Shown: one piece after another, positions 9,697 to 19,166 of the stretch
How positions within the stretch are numbered: the first letter of the stretch is position 1
Layout of the letters: each line of letters begins with the position of its first letter
Origin: a virus
Lineage: Duplodnaviria; Caudoviricetes
Strand: one strand, 5' to 3'
Length of the DNA: 64,000 bases
Virus record (IMG/VR): IMGVR_UViG_644736339_000001
Made by a program: the position numbers and the translations under genes
The notes under the pieces: model-generated
Told to the model about the DNA's origin: nothing
The model's database searches: none
Seen by the model: the letters and a program-made list of their open reading frames with translations, nothing else

Positions 9697-10359
9697 CTAC
9701 CGGGGGCGCTGCTGATTTTGACGCCGTGGGCGCTGGTTCCGACTCTGCTCGAGCCGTGTAGCCCACCGCACGTTTCCCGGCTCGTAGTTGCCGTTGACGT
9801 CGATGCGGTCGAGCGTCAGGCCCTTGGGACGTTCCCCGATCAGCGAAACGATCTCGGGAATGAACACTGCGACGCGGAGCCATGGCTCGTGTACCCGTAT
9901 TCCGCGACCGCCGTAGTAGGAATAGTCCCCGCTCTTTGGATTGGTGCAACGGGCAACCATGCGCGTCCAGGTGCCGTACAGCTCGTGACTTGAGAGCCCG
10001 TGAGTGCGGTTCTTTCTCCCCCTGGTGCGGGTAACTTCACGTCGGAGGCATCCGCAGGAGAGTACGGCCTTCGCAACCAGGTGGATTGCCTTGGTGGTCA
10101 TCTCGGTGCCGCAATCGCACCGGCACCTGATTGCCAGCCTGGTGGGGGCGGCGAGGATGGTCAGGCGGCCAAAGCGGTCGCCCGGCGCGATGGCCACGGT
10201 GTGCTGCAGGCATCCGCAGGACCGCGACTTACCTTGGCGCAGGTTTCCGATCTGCACAGACCTTTCGGTGCCGCAATCGCACCGGCACGCCACCTCGCGC
10301 TTAGAGATAACCTCAACAACGGTCCAGCGTTCGTACTTATCGCCGATTCGAATGGGCAT
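9697..10359 (-). CDS. free-standing HNH homing endonuclease-like protein
   Basis: Two CRCDCG..SCGC repeats, YGGRGI, LDRIDVNGNYEPGNVRWAT. Confidence 0.85.
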   Translation of the reverse strand: MPIRIGDKYERWTVVEVISKREVACRCDCGTERSVQIGNLRQGKSRSCGCLQHTVAIAPGDRFGRLTILAAPTRLAIRCRCDCGTEMTTKAIHLVAKAVLSCGCLRREVTRTRGRKNRTHGLSSHELYGTWTRMVARCTNPKSGDYSYYGGRGIRVHEPWLRVAVFIPEIVSLIGERPKGLTLDRIDVNGNYEPGNVRWATRLEQSRNQRPRRQNQQRPR

Positions 10360-10387
10360 GCAAGAAGCCTAACATACCGCTATCAGA

Positions 10388-10903
10388 TTATTCGTCCCAG
10401 CAAAGCCAGCACGTCATGTTAACGGCCCCTGCAAACGTTGCCCGGACGCGAAGAAACTTCGACACTGCGATAATCGGGCGCTCATCAAGCACCCACTGGT
10501 AATCGAACGTGGTCGGTACGGCGCCGGCCGTCGGCGGAACCTGATCGAAATCGAGCAGCCGCGTAGTCGTTGTCGAGCCCTCGAGCGTCGCGGTGTAACC
10601 AGTCGCCGATGCCCCCAGCGTCATCAGCGATGCTGGCGCATTCGGATCCAGGGGCACGAGCCCCGATGCCTGGTGTGCGGTAACGGTCGCAGACACATCG
10701 GTTTGGATAAGCTCGATAACGCCGCCAGTTGATCCCGGCACCGCCGACATGGAGTAGCCCCAGGAGATGAGTTGGCACTGCCGTGTTGACGGTGTCGCCA
10801 ACTGAAGCATCGTCTTGATGACGGTGCCGGTAGTGACTGGCGACGGCGCCGCAGTAGTTACCATGGGCGAGTTGAACATCTTGTACCGATGGATTTTTAC
10901 CAC
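10388..10903 (-). CDS. minor tail/structural protein
   Basis: Directly after the tape measure gene; beta-rich; start GTG 10903 or ATC 10894. Confidence 0.7.
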   Translation of the reverse strand: MVKIHRYKMFNSPMVTTAAPSPVTTGTVIKTMLQLATPSTRQCQLISWGYSMSAVPGSTGGVIELIQTDVSATVTAHQASGLVPLDPNAPASLMTLGASATGYTATLEGSTTTTRLLDFDQVPPTAGAVPTTFDYQWVLDERPIIAVSKFLRVRATFAGAVNMTCWLCWDE

Positions 10904-10928
10904 TTACCAATCTGGACTTGATGGCAAC

Positions 10929-13900
10929 TCAAAAGCTCTGCCCGAGGGCCTTCTGGACGCTGTTGGGATCCGACCCGTGGCGGATGCGGATGTTCTTGCG
11001 GATCCACGTCATGAGCTCGTCGCCGCCGTTGCCGCCGACCCACTCGATCTGAAGCACGCCGCCGGACGATCCAAGGCCGCCCTGGGCGATCATTGATTGA
11101 GTGTTGGCATGGGGCATGACCTGGGTGCCGGTCGGCAGTTTCAGAAGTTCGGTCCCTGCTTCGCCGATGATCGCGGACAGGCCGCCCCAGATGGGGCCGC
11201 CGGCGGCCTTGAAAGGGCCGATGGGCGGTACCCCGACGGTTATCGAGTCGACGTTGATGCCGCTGCTGAAGGGAATCGGGATGTGGAAGCTCGGCGTGCT
11301 GAAGTGCAACTGGTTCCACAGGTTGGCAATTGCATTGAGGGCGCCGACGAACTCTTCCTTGATCCAGTCCCACATGCCGGCGCCGGCCCTGGCCAACTTG
11401 CCCGGCAGCCCGGTCACTGTGTGAATGAAGCCGTCGAAGGCCTTGCTGACCGGCGCGGCTACGTCGTCGTCCCACTTCTGAGAGATCCAGTCCCACATGT
11501 GCGCGCCCGCGGAGACCAGTCGGCCCGGTAGCTTCTTCACGAAGTCGACGACCGCGTCCCAGTGGGCGATGATCTCTGACACGCCGCCGGTGAACGGTGC
11601 CAGCAGCTCCGGCCACCACCGCTTTATGAAGCCCAGGAAGAAGTCGAACTCGGCCTTCGTAACGACCCACACATCGTGGATGACATCGCGGAATATCTTG
11701 AAGTGCTCATATGCGTAGACCACACCGAGAACCAGGGCCGCGATTGCGGCTACCACCAGCAGGACGGGGTTCGCAGCGAGCACTGCGTTGAAAGCGACAA
11801 AAGCGATCGTGGCAATCGCGATCCCCTTGGCCAGCGGCACCACCCACTGCTGGTTGTCCTGGATGAACTTCGCCAGCGACTGCATCAGCGGCGCCACGAT
11901 CCGCAGCGCCCCTGCCAGACCCTGCGCGAGCATTGTGACCACCGGCGACAGGACGATCAGGATCTGCGCAATTGAAGTCGCGATCGACTGTAGTGACTGC
12001 TGGACCTGCGGGGAGTCCAGAACCTGCAGCGCCGGAGCAAGTGCCGCAGAGAACGCGCCGGCTATCGTGCCCAGCGGACCGGCAAGGTTGGAAACGATCG
12101 TGAAGATGGCCTGTATCGACTGGCCGGCGCCGCCCGCATTGGTGACCAGACCGCTGAAGAAGTCGGGAATCCCGGACGACATCAAGGTTTTGATTCCGCC
12201 GCCGAGCCCGGACACTATCGGGCCTGCCTGCGACGCCGCCTTAGTCAGGCCGCCCGTCAAAGCCACAAGTCCGTCGCCGAGATCCTTCGCGAACCCCGCG
12301 CCGTCCTTCAGCACCTGCGTCAGCTGGCCCTTGAACGCGGGCGACGTCATCAGGTTCCCGAACTGGATCGCCGTGCCGCCGATGATCGTGCCCATGTCGC
12401 CGACGGCCTTGTTGAACAGCGAGCCGAGGCCGTTCGAACCGCCCACGTCCTTCAGGAGCGTGGTGAAGCCGGGCAGCAGCGTCGTCTGCGCAGTGGCCTC
12501 GAGATCGTGCAGACCGCCCCGCATCGAAATCAGCTGGTTGACGAAATCCCGGCCGGCCGGGGTCAACTTCGCCATATCCTGCGCGAATTTGTTCGCAGCC
12601 GCAGACCCCGAAGATGCCGCAGCCGCGGCAGACAGAGCCTGCTGCTCCTGCATGTCCTTGAGTGCCTGAACCGCCTTGGACACCGATTCATTCGACGAGA
12701 TCTGCTGTTCCGCCGCATCGCGGATCGCGGTAGCCAGCGACTGCTGAGCCTTCGCGACCGACTGGTTGCTTGAGATCTCCTGGTTGGCCTGCGCCTCCCG
12801 GGCGCGAGTTGCCGCAAGCTGAGCGTCGGCTACGCCCTGCGTGGCCGAGACAACCTGCCGCTGCGCCGCGACGACCGCCGTGCTGCCGTCCACGCCCTTC
12901 TGGTTGGCGTCGTTCGCGGCCTGCTGCGCCTCAAGCGCCTTCTGCTGCGCGTCCGTCAGGTGTTGCTGGGCGTCGATCAGCTGCTGCTGCGCTTCCTTCT
13001 TCTGCTGATCAGTCAGCAGGCTGTTGCCCTTGGCCTTGTCGTAGGCCGCCTGCGCGTCAATGACCGCGTTCTGCGCGTCCGCGACAGAGTTCGCCGCATC
13101 GGCCGAAGCCAGATTCAAGTCCTTGAGGACGTTGACGCCGTCCTTCTGAGCCTGCGTCAACGACTCCTGTGCCTGCGTCAACGACTCCTGCGCGTTCGCG
13201 AGGCGCTGATCGGCCGAAGCCACGGCATCTGCTGCCGATTGAGCCGAGATCGCCGCCTGCCGCTCGGCGTCGGTAACGCCCTGTTCCGCAGACTCGATCG
13301 ACTGGGCCGAGTTAATCGCCGAAATCGCGGCCTGCCGCTTCGCGTCGGCGATTGCCTGCTCGGCATTGCGAATCGAAACAGCGTTACTGAAGGCCGTTGC
13401 CGCGAGCTGCGCCGAGGACTGGCCCGTGGCTTGACTCTGCGCCCCGTAGTCCCGCAGCGCGGCAATCGGCCCGGCCATCCCCAGGCCCAGCGTTGCGAAG
13501 CCCGCGCCCGCGGCGCCCACTACAGCCGGGATCGCTGCCAGCGCTGGGCCGAGCGCCAAGGCCGCCCCGATCAGCGAGGACATCCTGAGGGCGCTCGTAT
13601 TGAAACCGCTGCCCGCATTCGCTGCGGCCTGACCAGCGCCCTCGGCGGCCGGCTGGAGCTCGGTCATCGCCGCACGCAAAGTCCGCGAGCCGGATTCCAT
13701 GGAGGTGAACGACTGGCGCAGGACGCGGTCGGCCTCTTGTGAAACCCTTTCGCCCTCGTCCATGGCTTTGCGGAAGGACGTTTCAAAATCTTCAGCATCC
13801 TGCGTTGCCGGCTCAAGCTCGGCCATGGCCGACCGGAGCGCGCGCACCCCGGTCTGCATCGCAGTGAAGGACTGGTTCATCGCCTTTTCGGCGGCCGCAG

Positions 13901-14432
13901 CGTTCTTCTCGCCCTCCGCGAACGACGCGCGCAGTTCGGCCTCGAACTTATCGGCGTCCGACTGGATCGGCACCTTGATGGGCTGGGGCTTTACGCGTCC
14001 CGCCTTGGATGCAACGTCCTGCTCCAGGCTGGTTCCGTCGGACTCGACCCGGACCTTGATCTTCTCGCCGGCGCCGGCAGCATCCGCCTCGGCCTTGACT
14101 CGCTCCTTCAAGCCGTCGGCATCGACATCCATCCCGACGATGATGTTGATGCCCTTTTCGGCCGCGCTGACGGCCTCGATGACCTTTTCGCGGAGATCCG
14201 GGTCGTCCAGGTCGATGCCGACGATGACGGCAATGTTCCGCTCGGCCGTCCGAACGGCCTCGATGACTTTGTCGCGCAGGCCGGCGTCATCGAGGTCGGT
14301 GTTGAAGGTGGCGCCGCTTCCCGCGACGAAGTTGGCGGCGTCGGCCAGCGCCTTCGCTCTGGCTTCCAGCGCGGCCATCGCCGAAGCGGTGTCGTCGCGA
14401 ACCCTAACGACGATCTCGATGACGTTGCTGAT
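10929..14432 (-). CDS. tape measure protein
   Basis: About 1150 aa Ala/Gln-rich coiled coil with W-spaced repeats; C-terminal AAGG..GEAGTELL; frame open upstream of ATG 14378 to ATC 14432. Confidence 0.9.
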   Translation of the reverse strand: MSNVIEIVVRVRDDTASAMAALEARAKALADAANFVAGSGATFNTDLDDAGLRDKVIEAVRTAERNIAVIVGIDLDDPDLREKVIEAVSAAEKGINIIVGMDVDADGLKERVKAEADAAGAGEKIKVRVESDGTSLEQDVASKAGRVKPQPIKVPIQSDADKFEAELRASFAEGEKNAAAAEKAMNQSFTAMQTGVRALRSAMAELEPATQDAEDFETSFRKAMDEGERVSQEADRVLRQSFTSMESGSRTLRAAMTELQPAAEGAGQAAANAGSGFNTSALRMSSLIGAALALGPALAAIPAVVGAAGAGFATLGLGMAGPIAALRDYGAQSQATGQSSAQLAATAFSNAVSIRNAEQAIADAKRQAAISAINSAQSIESAEQGVTDAERQAAISAQSAADAVASADQRLANAQESLTQAQESLTQAQKDGVNVLKDLNLASADAANSVADAQNAVIDAQAAYDKAKGNSLLTDQQKKEAQQQLIDAQQHLTDAQQKALEAQQAANDANQKGVDGSTAVVAAQRQVVSATQGVADAQLAATRAREAQANQEISSNQSVAKAQQSLATAIRDAAEQQISSNESVSKAVQALKDMQEQQALSAAAAASSGSAAANKFAQDMAKLTPAGRDFVNQLISMRGGLHDLEATAQTTLLPGFTTLLKDVGGSNGLGSLFNKAVGDMGTIIGGTAIQFGNLMTSPAFKGQLTQVLKDGAGFAKDLGDGLVALTGGLTKAASQAGPIVSGLGGGIKTLMSSGIPDFFSGLVTNAGGAGQSIQAIFTIVSNLAGPLGTIAGAFSAALAPALQVLDSPQVQQSLQSIATSIAQILIVLSPVVTMLAQGLAGALRIVAPLMQSLAKFIQDNQQWVVPLAKGIAIATIAFVAFNAVLAANPVLLVVAAIAALVLGVVYAYEHFKIFRDVIHDVWVVTKAEFDFFLGFIKRWWPELLAPFTGGVSEIIAHWDAVVDFVKKLPGRLVSAGAHMWDWISQKWDDDVAAPVSKAFDGFIHTVTGLPGKLARAGAGMWDWIKEEFVGALNAIANLWNQLHFSTPSFHIPIPFSSGINVDSITVGVPPIGPFKAAGGPIWGGLSAIIGEAGTELLKLPTGTQVMPHANTQSMIAQGGLGSSGGVLQIEWVGGNGGDELMTWIRKNIRIRHGSDPNSVQKALGQSF

Positions 14433-14456
14433 GGGGACACCCCCACCCGGACAGAG

Positions 14457-15088
14457 CTACTGCGGGGGCGAACTTTCCTGTTGCGGGGGTTTGCCCAACG
14501 CCTCAATCGCCAGCATCCGCAGCACTGAGGCGTCCATCGCCAGCGCCGCCTCGGGGGTGCAATGGAACCGGTCGCACAGGCCGAGGACCAGCTCGGCCTC
14601 TTCTAGCTCGCGAGGCTTGCCTCCAACGGCACCATCGGCATCGACAACGCATCCGGTGGCCGCCCATTGCTCGAGCTTCGCGGCAAAGGGTTATCAACGC
14701 CCGACATGCCCTGCTGCCACGCGCCTACCAGGCGCAGGATGAACCGCGAGTCCTGGGCGCCGATACCCTCCAGGGTTGCCGGGACGTCAACCCCGTTCTC
14801 GGTCAGATTCCACGACACCAGGTGTTTGGCGAAGTCGGCGAAGGTGTCGTCAACTGCGTCAAGGGCTTCGGTATCAAGGCCGGCTATAGCAGCCTGCGCC
14901 GCAGCCTCGTCGTTCGGGTCGAGACCCAGCACCGACTTTGCGACCGAGGCGATCGAGGCCATGCGGGCGGTGCCGTCTTTGAGTTCCTGGACGGTCTGGG
15001 ACCGCATCCGCACTTCCAGGCCGGCCAGGTCGGTGTCGGTGAAGTCGAGCACCAGGACCGTGCGCGGCGATTCGAAGCCCATGATCAA
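14457..15088 (-). CDS. tail assembly chaperone, long (-1 frameshift) form
   Basis: In-phase slippery heptamer C CCT TTG at 14684-14690; -1 frame is open to TAG at 14457 (..ELVLGLCDRFHCTPEAALAMD..). Confidence 0.75.
14603..15088 (-). CDS. tail assembly chaperone, short form
   Basis: Between tail tube and tape measure genes; SWNLTENGVDVPAT motif. Confidence 0.8.
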   Translation of the reverse strand: MIMGFESPRTVLVLDFTDTDLAGLEVRMRSQTVQELKDGTARMASIASVAKSVLGLDPNDEAAAQAAIAGLDTEALDAVDDTFADFAKHLVSWNLTENGVDVPATLEGIGAQDSRFILRLVGAWQQGMSGVDNPLPRSSSNGRPPDALSMPMVPLEASLAS

Positions 15089-15501
15089 CTCCAGGTAGGG
15101 ACTTGGCCGTCCGCGAGCACGCCGGGCACGGAGAAGGTGAACGCGCCGCCGGTCGCGCGAGTTAGCGCGTAGTCCGTCAACAGGCAGTTCGGCGCCAAGG
15201 TTTTGGACGACACCACCAGCGTCACCAGTCGTGTTACCGACGTGGACGAGATCGTGGAGAACACAGCGTGGCTCATGTTCGCGGCCGGGTTGAACACGCC
15301 GGAGAAGGTGACCGAGAAGTCCGCGAGGAGCAGCAGCCGTTCGAACGCCGACTTGTCGATGCCCGTAACGTCCTGCACGGCGCGTGGAGTGGCGAATTGC
15401 AGGTTAGTGAAATCGTTCTTGATCGCTTGCTGCATGTTGGATGCATCGTCAACGCTGGCAGTTGTCCAGCCGATGCCCGAGGTCTTGCTCGTTGGACTCA
15501 C
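15085..15501 (-). CDS. major tail (tube) protein
   Basis: DVTGIDKSAFERLLLLADFSVTFSGVFN tail-tube-like motif; directly upstream of the chaperone. Confidence 0.7.
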   Translation of the reverse strand: MSPTSKTSGIGWTTASVDDASNMQQAIKNDFTNLQFATPRAVQDVTGIDKSAFERLLLLADFSVTFSGVFNPAANMSHAVFSTISSTSVTRLVTLVVSSKTLAPNCLLTDYALTRATGGAFTFSVPGVLADGQVPTWS

Positions 15502-15669
15502 TTCCCTTCTGATGAGTTGGAGTCACTGCCGGACGCAGGGAAGCGGGCAGCACGGATCGGCGGACCGCGTTGTGATTGCGGACCGCTGGAGAGCGGAAAT
15601 CAGGCTCCTGCGGCGGGCGACTTCAGGCCGGGCGCTCTACCTCGACGAGGCCTGTGCGCCTTATCGAAA

Positions 15670-16135
15670 TCAGCCCCGCTCGATTTCCTCGGTGATGTTT
15701 TCCTGGTGCTCACCGAAGTCGTCGACCCACGATTCGGGGCCCGAGTGCTTGAGCGGCAGTTGCCCGGTCGGGTTGCCGCGCCAGTCGCCGCCGCGAACCA
15801 GGTACAGCGGCTCACGCTCCAACGAGGTCCGGTGGGTTTCGAAGCACGTCTGGCCGGCCTCAAAGGTGAACGCGGGTCAGTCCGTCAGGCAGTCGCTCCT
15901 CGCGAAAGCTGCGCCCGGACTGCGAGCGGATGTAGTAGGCCTGTCGCTGTCCGAGTTCGGTGGACTCGTCGATGGTGGTGCGCCAGCCGTTCGCCTGAGC
16001 CTGGCAGTTGACCTCGTCGCAGGTGGCTTCGCGGAAATGCGTGGCCAACGGCGAGGACAGCGCATAGGTCTTGTAGGCGGCGGCCGGCCCGACGGGCGCG
16101 ATGCGCATGCCCTGCGGCGTGTGAATCATGTTCAT
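15670..16135 (-). pseudogene. phage tail-region protein split by a 1-nt frame break
   Basis: Frame 1 MNMIHTP..LPDGLT continues naturally as AFTFEAGQTCF..GGDWRGNP..EEIERG* only if one C of ACCC (about 15874-15876) is skipped. Confidence 0.65.
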
Positions 16136-16137
16136 GA

Positions 16138-16896
16138 TCAGAAGGCCTGCCCCGCTATCGGATTCCGGACGTATGCAACGGCGAACGCAAGCGATGTGAA
16201 GCCGCCGGTCGTAACCGTGGAGGCGCGCAGGTAGCGGCGGACGTTGGCGCTGTTGGAGATGGCGATCCGCTGCGTCTGCGGCGTGGTGGATGTGATCTGC
16301 GTGAACGCAGCGCCGGACAGGTCGGCGAAAGTCGCGTTGTCCGCGCTGTCCTGAATCTTCACGGTGACGTCGGTGCCGGTGAAAGCCATCACCTGCAGAT
16401 AGGCCTGCAGCCCGAACGCGGACGGAGCGTTGGTGGCTCCGCCGTCTACCGAGGTGCCGTTGGTCGCTGCGGTGTCGGTGCGCTTGCCGGCCGTCAGCGT
16501 CTTGCCCCACTCGATGCCGAATCCGTTGGCCTGCGTGCCGACGTTGAACGTGAACGCACCGCTGGTGGCGCGGGTGCCGTCGTAGTTGAGCTGCTTCGCG
16601 ACCAAGCACGCGGCCGGGTCTCCAAGCGTGGTGCTGATCAGCATCATGACGCCGACGTCACCGCGGGGCAGTGCTGACAGCACTGGGTGCGCCTGGCCGG
16701 TGGCCGTGTTGAAGAACGCCATGAAATCCATGGCGCCGTCGCGCAGCCCACCGATGCGCTCAAATGCGAACTTGTTGATGCCGGTGACGTCGAGCACCGC
16801 GACCGACCCGGAGATTTTCGACAGGGAGCCGATGTCGCCGGACAGGTCATAGCCGCCTACGAAAAGTTGCTGCCCAAGGCCCGACCGCTTGCTCAC
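16138..16896 (-). CDS. tail tube-like protein with C-terminal beta-sandwich domain
   Basis: DVTGINKFAFERIGGLRDGAMDFMAFFN is similar to 15085-15501; extra domain KIQDSADNATFAD..RRYLR. Confidence 0.75.
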   Translation of the reverse strand: MSKRSGLGQQLFVGGYDLSGDIGSLSKISGSVAVLDVTGINKFAFERIGGLRDGAMDFMAFFNTATGQAHPVLSALPRGDVGVMMLISTTLGDPAACLVAKQLNYDGTRATSGAFTFNVGTQANGFGIEWGKTLTAGKRTDTAATNGTSVDGGATNAPSAFGLQAYLQVMAFTGTDVTVKIQDSADNATFADLSGAAFTQITSTTPQTQRIAISNSANVRRYLRASTVTTGGFTSLAFAVAYVRNPIAGQAF

Positions 16897-17270
16897 TGGA
16901 GGCCTCCGTATCCGCGCATCCTGACGTGCTTGCGCGCTTCGTCCATGAATCCGGAGGCATCGAAGGCGTCGGCCTTGTACTCAAGCTGGGTTTGGGTCGG
17001 CGCGTCTTGCGTTGGACGCAGTACCTCGAGGAAGAGTCCGTCCTGAAGAATCGCAACGCGGTGGCCCTCGAACAAGGTGCTCAACTGCTGGTGCATGACC
17101 GCCGCTTGTTCGTCCGTGATCTGCTTCGAGGTCATAAGGACAATGACGACGCCGGGCTGGACCCGCGCCACCCGCACCTCTTCGAAGCCGAGATCGGCCA
17201 ACTCGTGCGGTAGTCCAGTTGCTTCATCGGCCACGAAGTGAACCCCTCCCGTTATGGGATCTGCGGCCAT
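16893..17270 (-). CDS. hypothetical protein
   Basis: Coupled ORF in the tail operon; ATG 17270. Confidence 0.5.
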   Translation of the reverse strand: MAADPITGGVHFVADEATGLPHELADLGFEEVRVARVQPGVVIVLMTSKQITDEQAAVMHQQLSTLFEGHRVAILQDGLFLEVLRPTQDAPTQTQLEYKADAFDASGFMDEARKHVRMRGYGGLQ

Positions 17271-17713
17271 ACGTCGTCGATGACGCACGGGATGGTGATC
17301 GTCATGCAGCGGTACGGAACGTTGCCGACTTCGACATAGCCGCCGACGGCTGACAGCGCGGTGCCGTAGGCGCCGAGGAGATCGATCTGCTCCACCAGCC
17401 CGCCGAAGGTGAAGGCTGCGCTGTAGGCGGCGAGCATCTGGTCGACGGCGCCGGTGATGATGGTTTCGGTGTCGTCGACCGGCTGGCCATCGGCATTGAG
17501 GTAAATCCGCGCGTACAGGGTGAGGATCGCGGAGCTAACGGCGAGGCCTGACATGAGCGGAGCCGGCTTGACGTCGCCGAACCACACGTCGGCGGTGAGC
17601 CCGTTGCCCGGCGCGGATACGGATTCGTGCCCCTGGACGGATTCGAACAGCCCGAGCGTTTGCATGTGGTCGACCGCGGCGCCGATGATCCCGGCCGAGT
17701 TGAGTCCGGTCAC
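17252..17713 (-). CDS. tail terminator/completion protein
   Basis: Position after the gp10-like gene; size and beta/alpha pattern. Confidence 0.65.
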   Translation of the reverse strand: MTGLNSAGIIGAAVDHMQTLGLFESVQGHESVSAPGNGLTADVWFGDVKPAPLMSGLAVSSAILTLYARIYLNADGQPVDDTETIITGAVDQMLAAYSAAFTFGGLVEQIDLLGAYGTALSAVGGYVEVGNVPYRCMTITIPCVIDDVWPQIP

Positions 17714-18108
17714 TCGTTGGCCTCGGCCACGTAGTTGGTGACGATGGGCTCGGCGATGTTAGGCACGTCGGATTCGGTGTGGTCCGCGGCGCGCTTCAGC
17801 GCGAAGTATCCGGGAAACCTCGTGACGGGCGAGTTGCGGGAGCCGACGCCCTCAAGCCATGGACCGTATTGCAGGTGTGACTCGGGCCAGCCGTCGTTGA
17901 CGACCAGGTCCTTGTCGCGTCGGGCGACGTTGACGAATAACTGGTAGCGGCCCGTGGAGTGCCGGAAGGAGGCGTCCATGAAGGACTGCCAGGAGTCCTC
18001 GGCGTAGGTGGCGATTTCCTTCTGGATCTCCTCGGACATACGCCGCATCGATTCGATGGCGCGCCCATCAAAGACCGGGCCTGACAACTTGACTTCAATG
18101 TCAGCCAT
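17710..18108 (-). CDS. HK97 gp10-like neck protein
   Basis: STGRY..YGPWLEGVG..FPGYFALKRA motif; ATG 18108. Confidence 0.75.
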   Translation of the reverse strand: MADIEVKLSGPVFDGRAIESMRRMSEEIQKEIATYAEDSWQSFMDASFRHSTGRYQLFVNVARRDKDLVVNDGWPESHLQYGPWLEGVGSRNSPVTRFPGYFALKRAADHTESDVPNIAEPIVTNYVAEANE

Positions 18109-19166
18109 CAGACCGTCCGCCTTCTGGCCTTGCGTCCGTACTGCGCGTAGGCCTGCGCGCGGATATCCGCAAGAGCTTGCCCGGAGACGGGCCGGGCGTT
18201 GTCCGCCGAGCCAACGGTGCGGGCGTAGCCGGAGATGCCCTGCAGCAGGTTGTTCTCGGCCTCGGCAAGCGACAGTTGCGTCACCAGCGACGGCGGCGTG
18301 TAGCGACTGACTGCCGTGGCGCTGGAGTGCGTGGACGCTGTGGTGCCGAGCGCTCCGCGGGTGACGGTCCACGACCGTGCCGCGTAGATCGTGGCGCTTG
18401 CGTGGGTCGCCAGGGTCGTGCCGTCCCATGCGCGTTTGACGATGACGGTGGCGCCAGCCTTGTCCACGACAAGCATGCGTTCGGCGTCCAGCAGCAGTGT
18501 TTCGCCGACATAGAACGTGCCGCCGCTCGGAGTGAGGATGCTGTCGGCATTGCTGGCGGATGCGCATCCCGCCCCGGACTGGGTCTGACCGGTCGAGGCC
18601 ATCGCCTTGTCGGTCAAGAGCATGCGCTCGGTGTCGACAAGCAGGACGTCACCGACGCCGGCCGCCGCACCGTTGGTGACGGTAACCGAGGTGTCGGTGG
18701 TGTCGCTGACGCCAGCGGCAAGCGCTCCGGCGCCCGTGGAGTCCAGGTTGAACCCGAACGTCCCCGTAACCGTCACGTCTCGCTGAGGTGTTGGACCAGC
18801 TCCGAACGCGGAGTTCGTGGACCGGTTAATCTCCATGGAGGTGTACGGCGGTCCGGAGTTGGCCGGCTCGAAGAAGAGGTTCCCGAGAGGGATCGTCTGG
18901 CCGCCGGTCGTCACCGACGTGGGAATCGCCGCGAGTTCCCAGGCGTCGAGCCAGATGCGCCATGGCAGGGCGTATTGGTATGAGGGCCAGTCCCAGAACC
19001 GGGTCATGTCACGGGGGTAGAACTTGCGGTGCAGTTGACCTTCGACGGCACGGGATGCGGCCTGGATGGAACGGTCGATGTCGTCGTCGCTGCGCGCGGT
19101 GCCCTTGACGTCGAGGGCCTTCTTGACGGCCTCTCGGGTGACGTATGCCGGTTCCGTTACGCTCAC
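18108..19166 (-). CDS. head-to-tail adaptor with inserted beta domains
   Basis: YVTREAVKKAL..IQAASRAVEG..RKFY N-terminus; duplicated GDVLLVDTERML/GETLLLDAERML inserts. Confidence 0.75.
   Translation of the reverse strand: MSVTEPAYVTREAVKKALDVKGTARSDDDIDRSIQAASRAVEGQLHRKFYPRDMTRFWDWPSYQYALPWRIWLDAWELAAIPTSVTTGGQTIPLGNLFFEPANSGPPYTSMEINRSTNSAFGAGPTPQRDVTVTGTFGFNLDSTGAGALAAGVSDTTDTSVTVTNGAAAGVGDVLLVDTERMLLTDKAMASTGQTQSGAGCASASNADSILTPSGGTFYVGETLLLDAERMLVVDKAGATVIVKRAWDGTTLATHASATIYAARSWTVTRGALGTTASTHSSATAVSRYTPPSLVTQLSLAEAENNLLQGISGYARTVGSADNARPVSGQALADIRAQAYAQYGRKARRRTV

Noticed and set aside
12600-13400. Repetitive DNA in the tape measure gene
   Set aside because: In-frame Ala/Gln coiled-coil repeats typical of tape measure proteins
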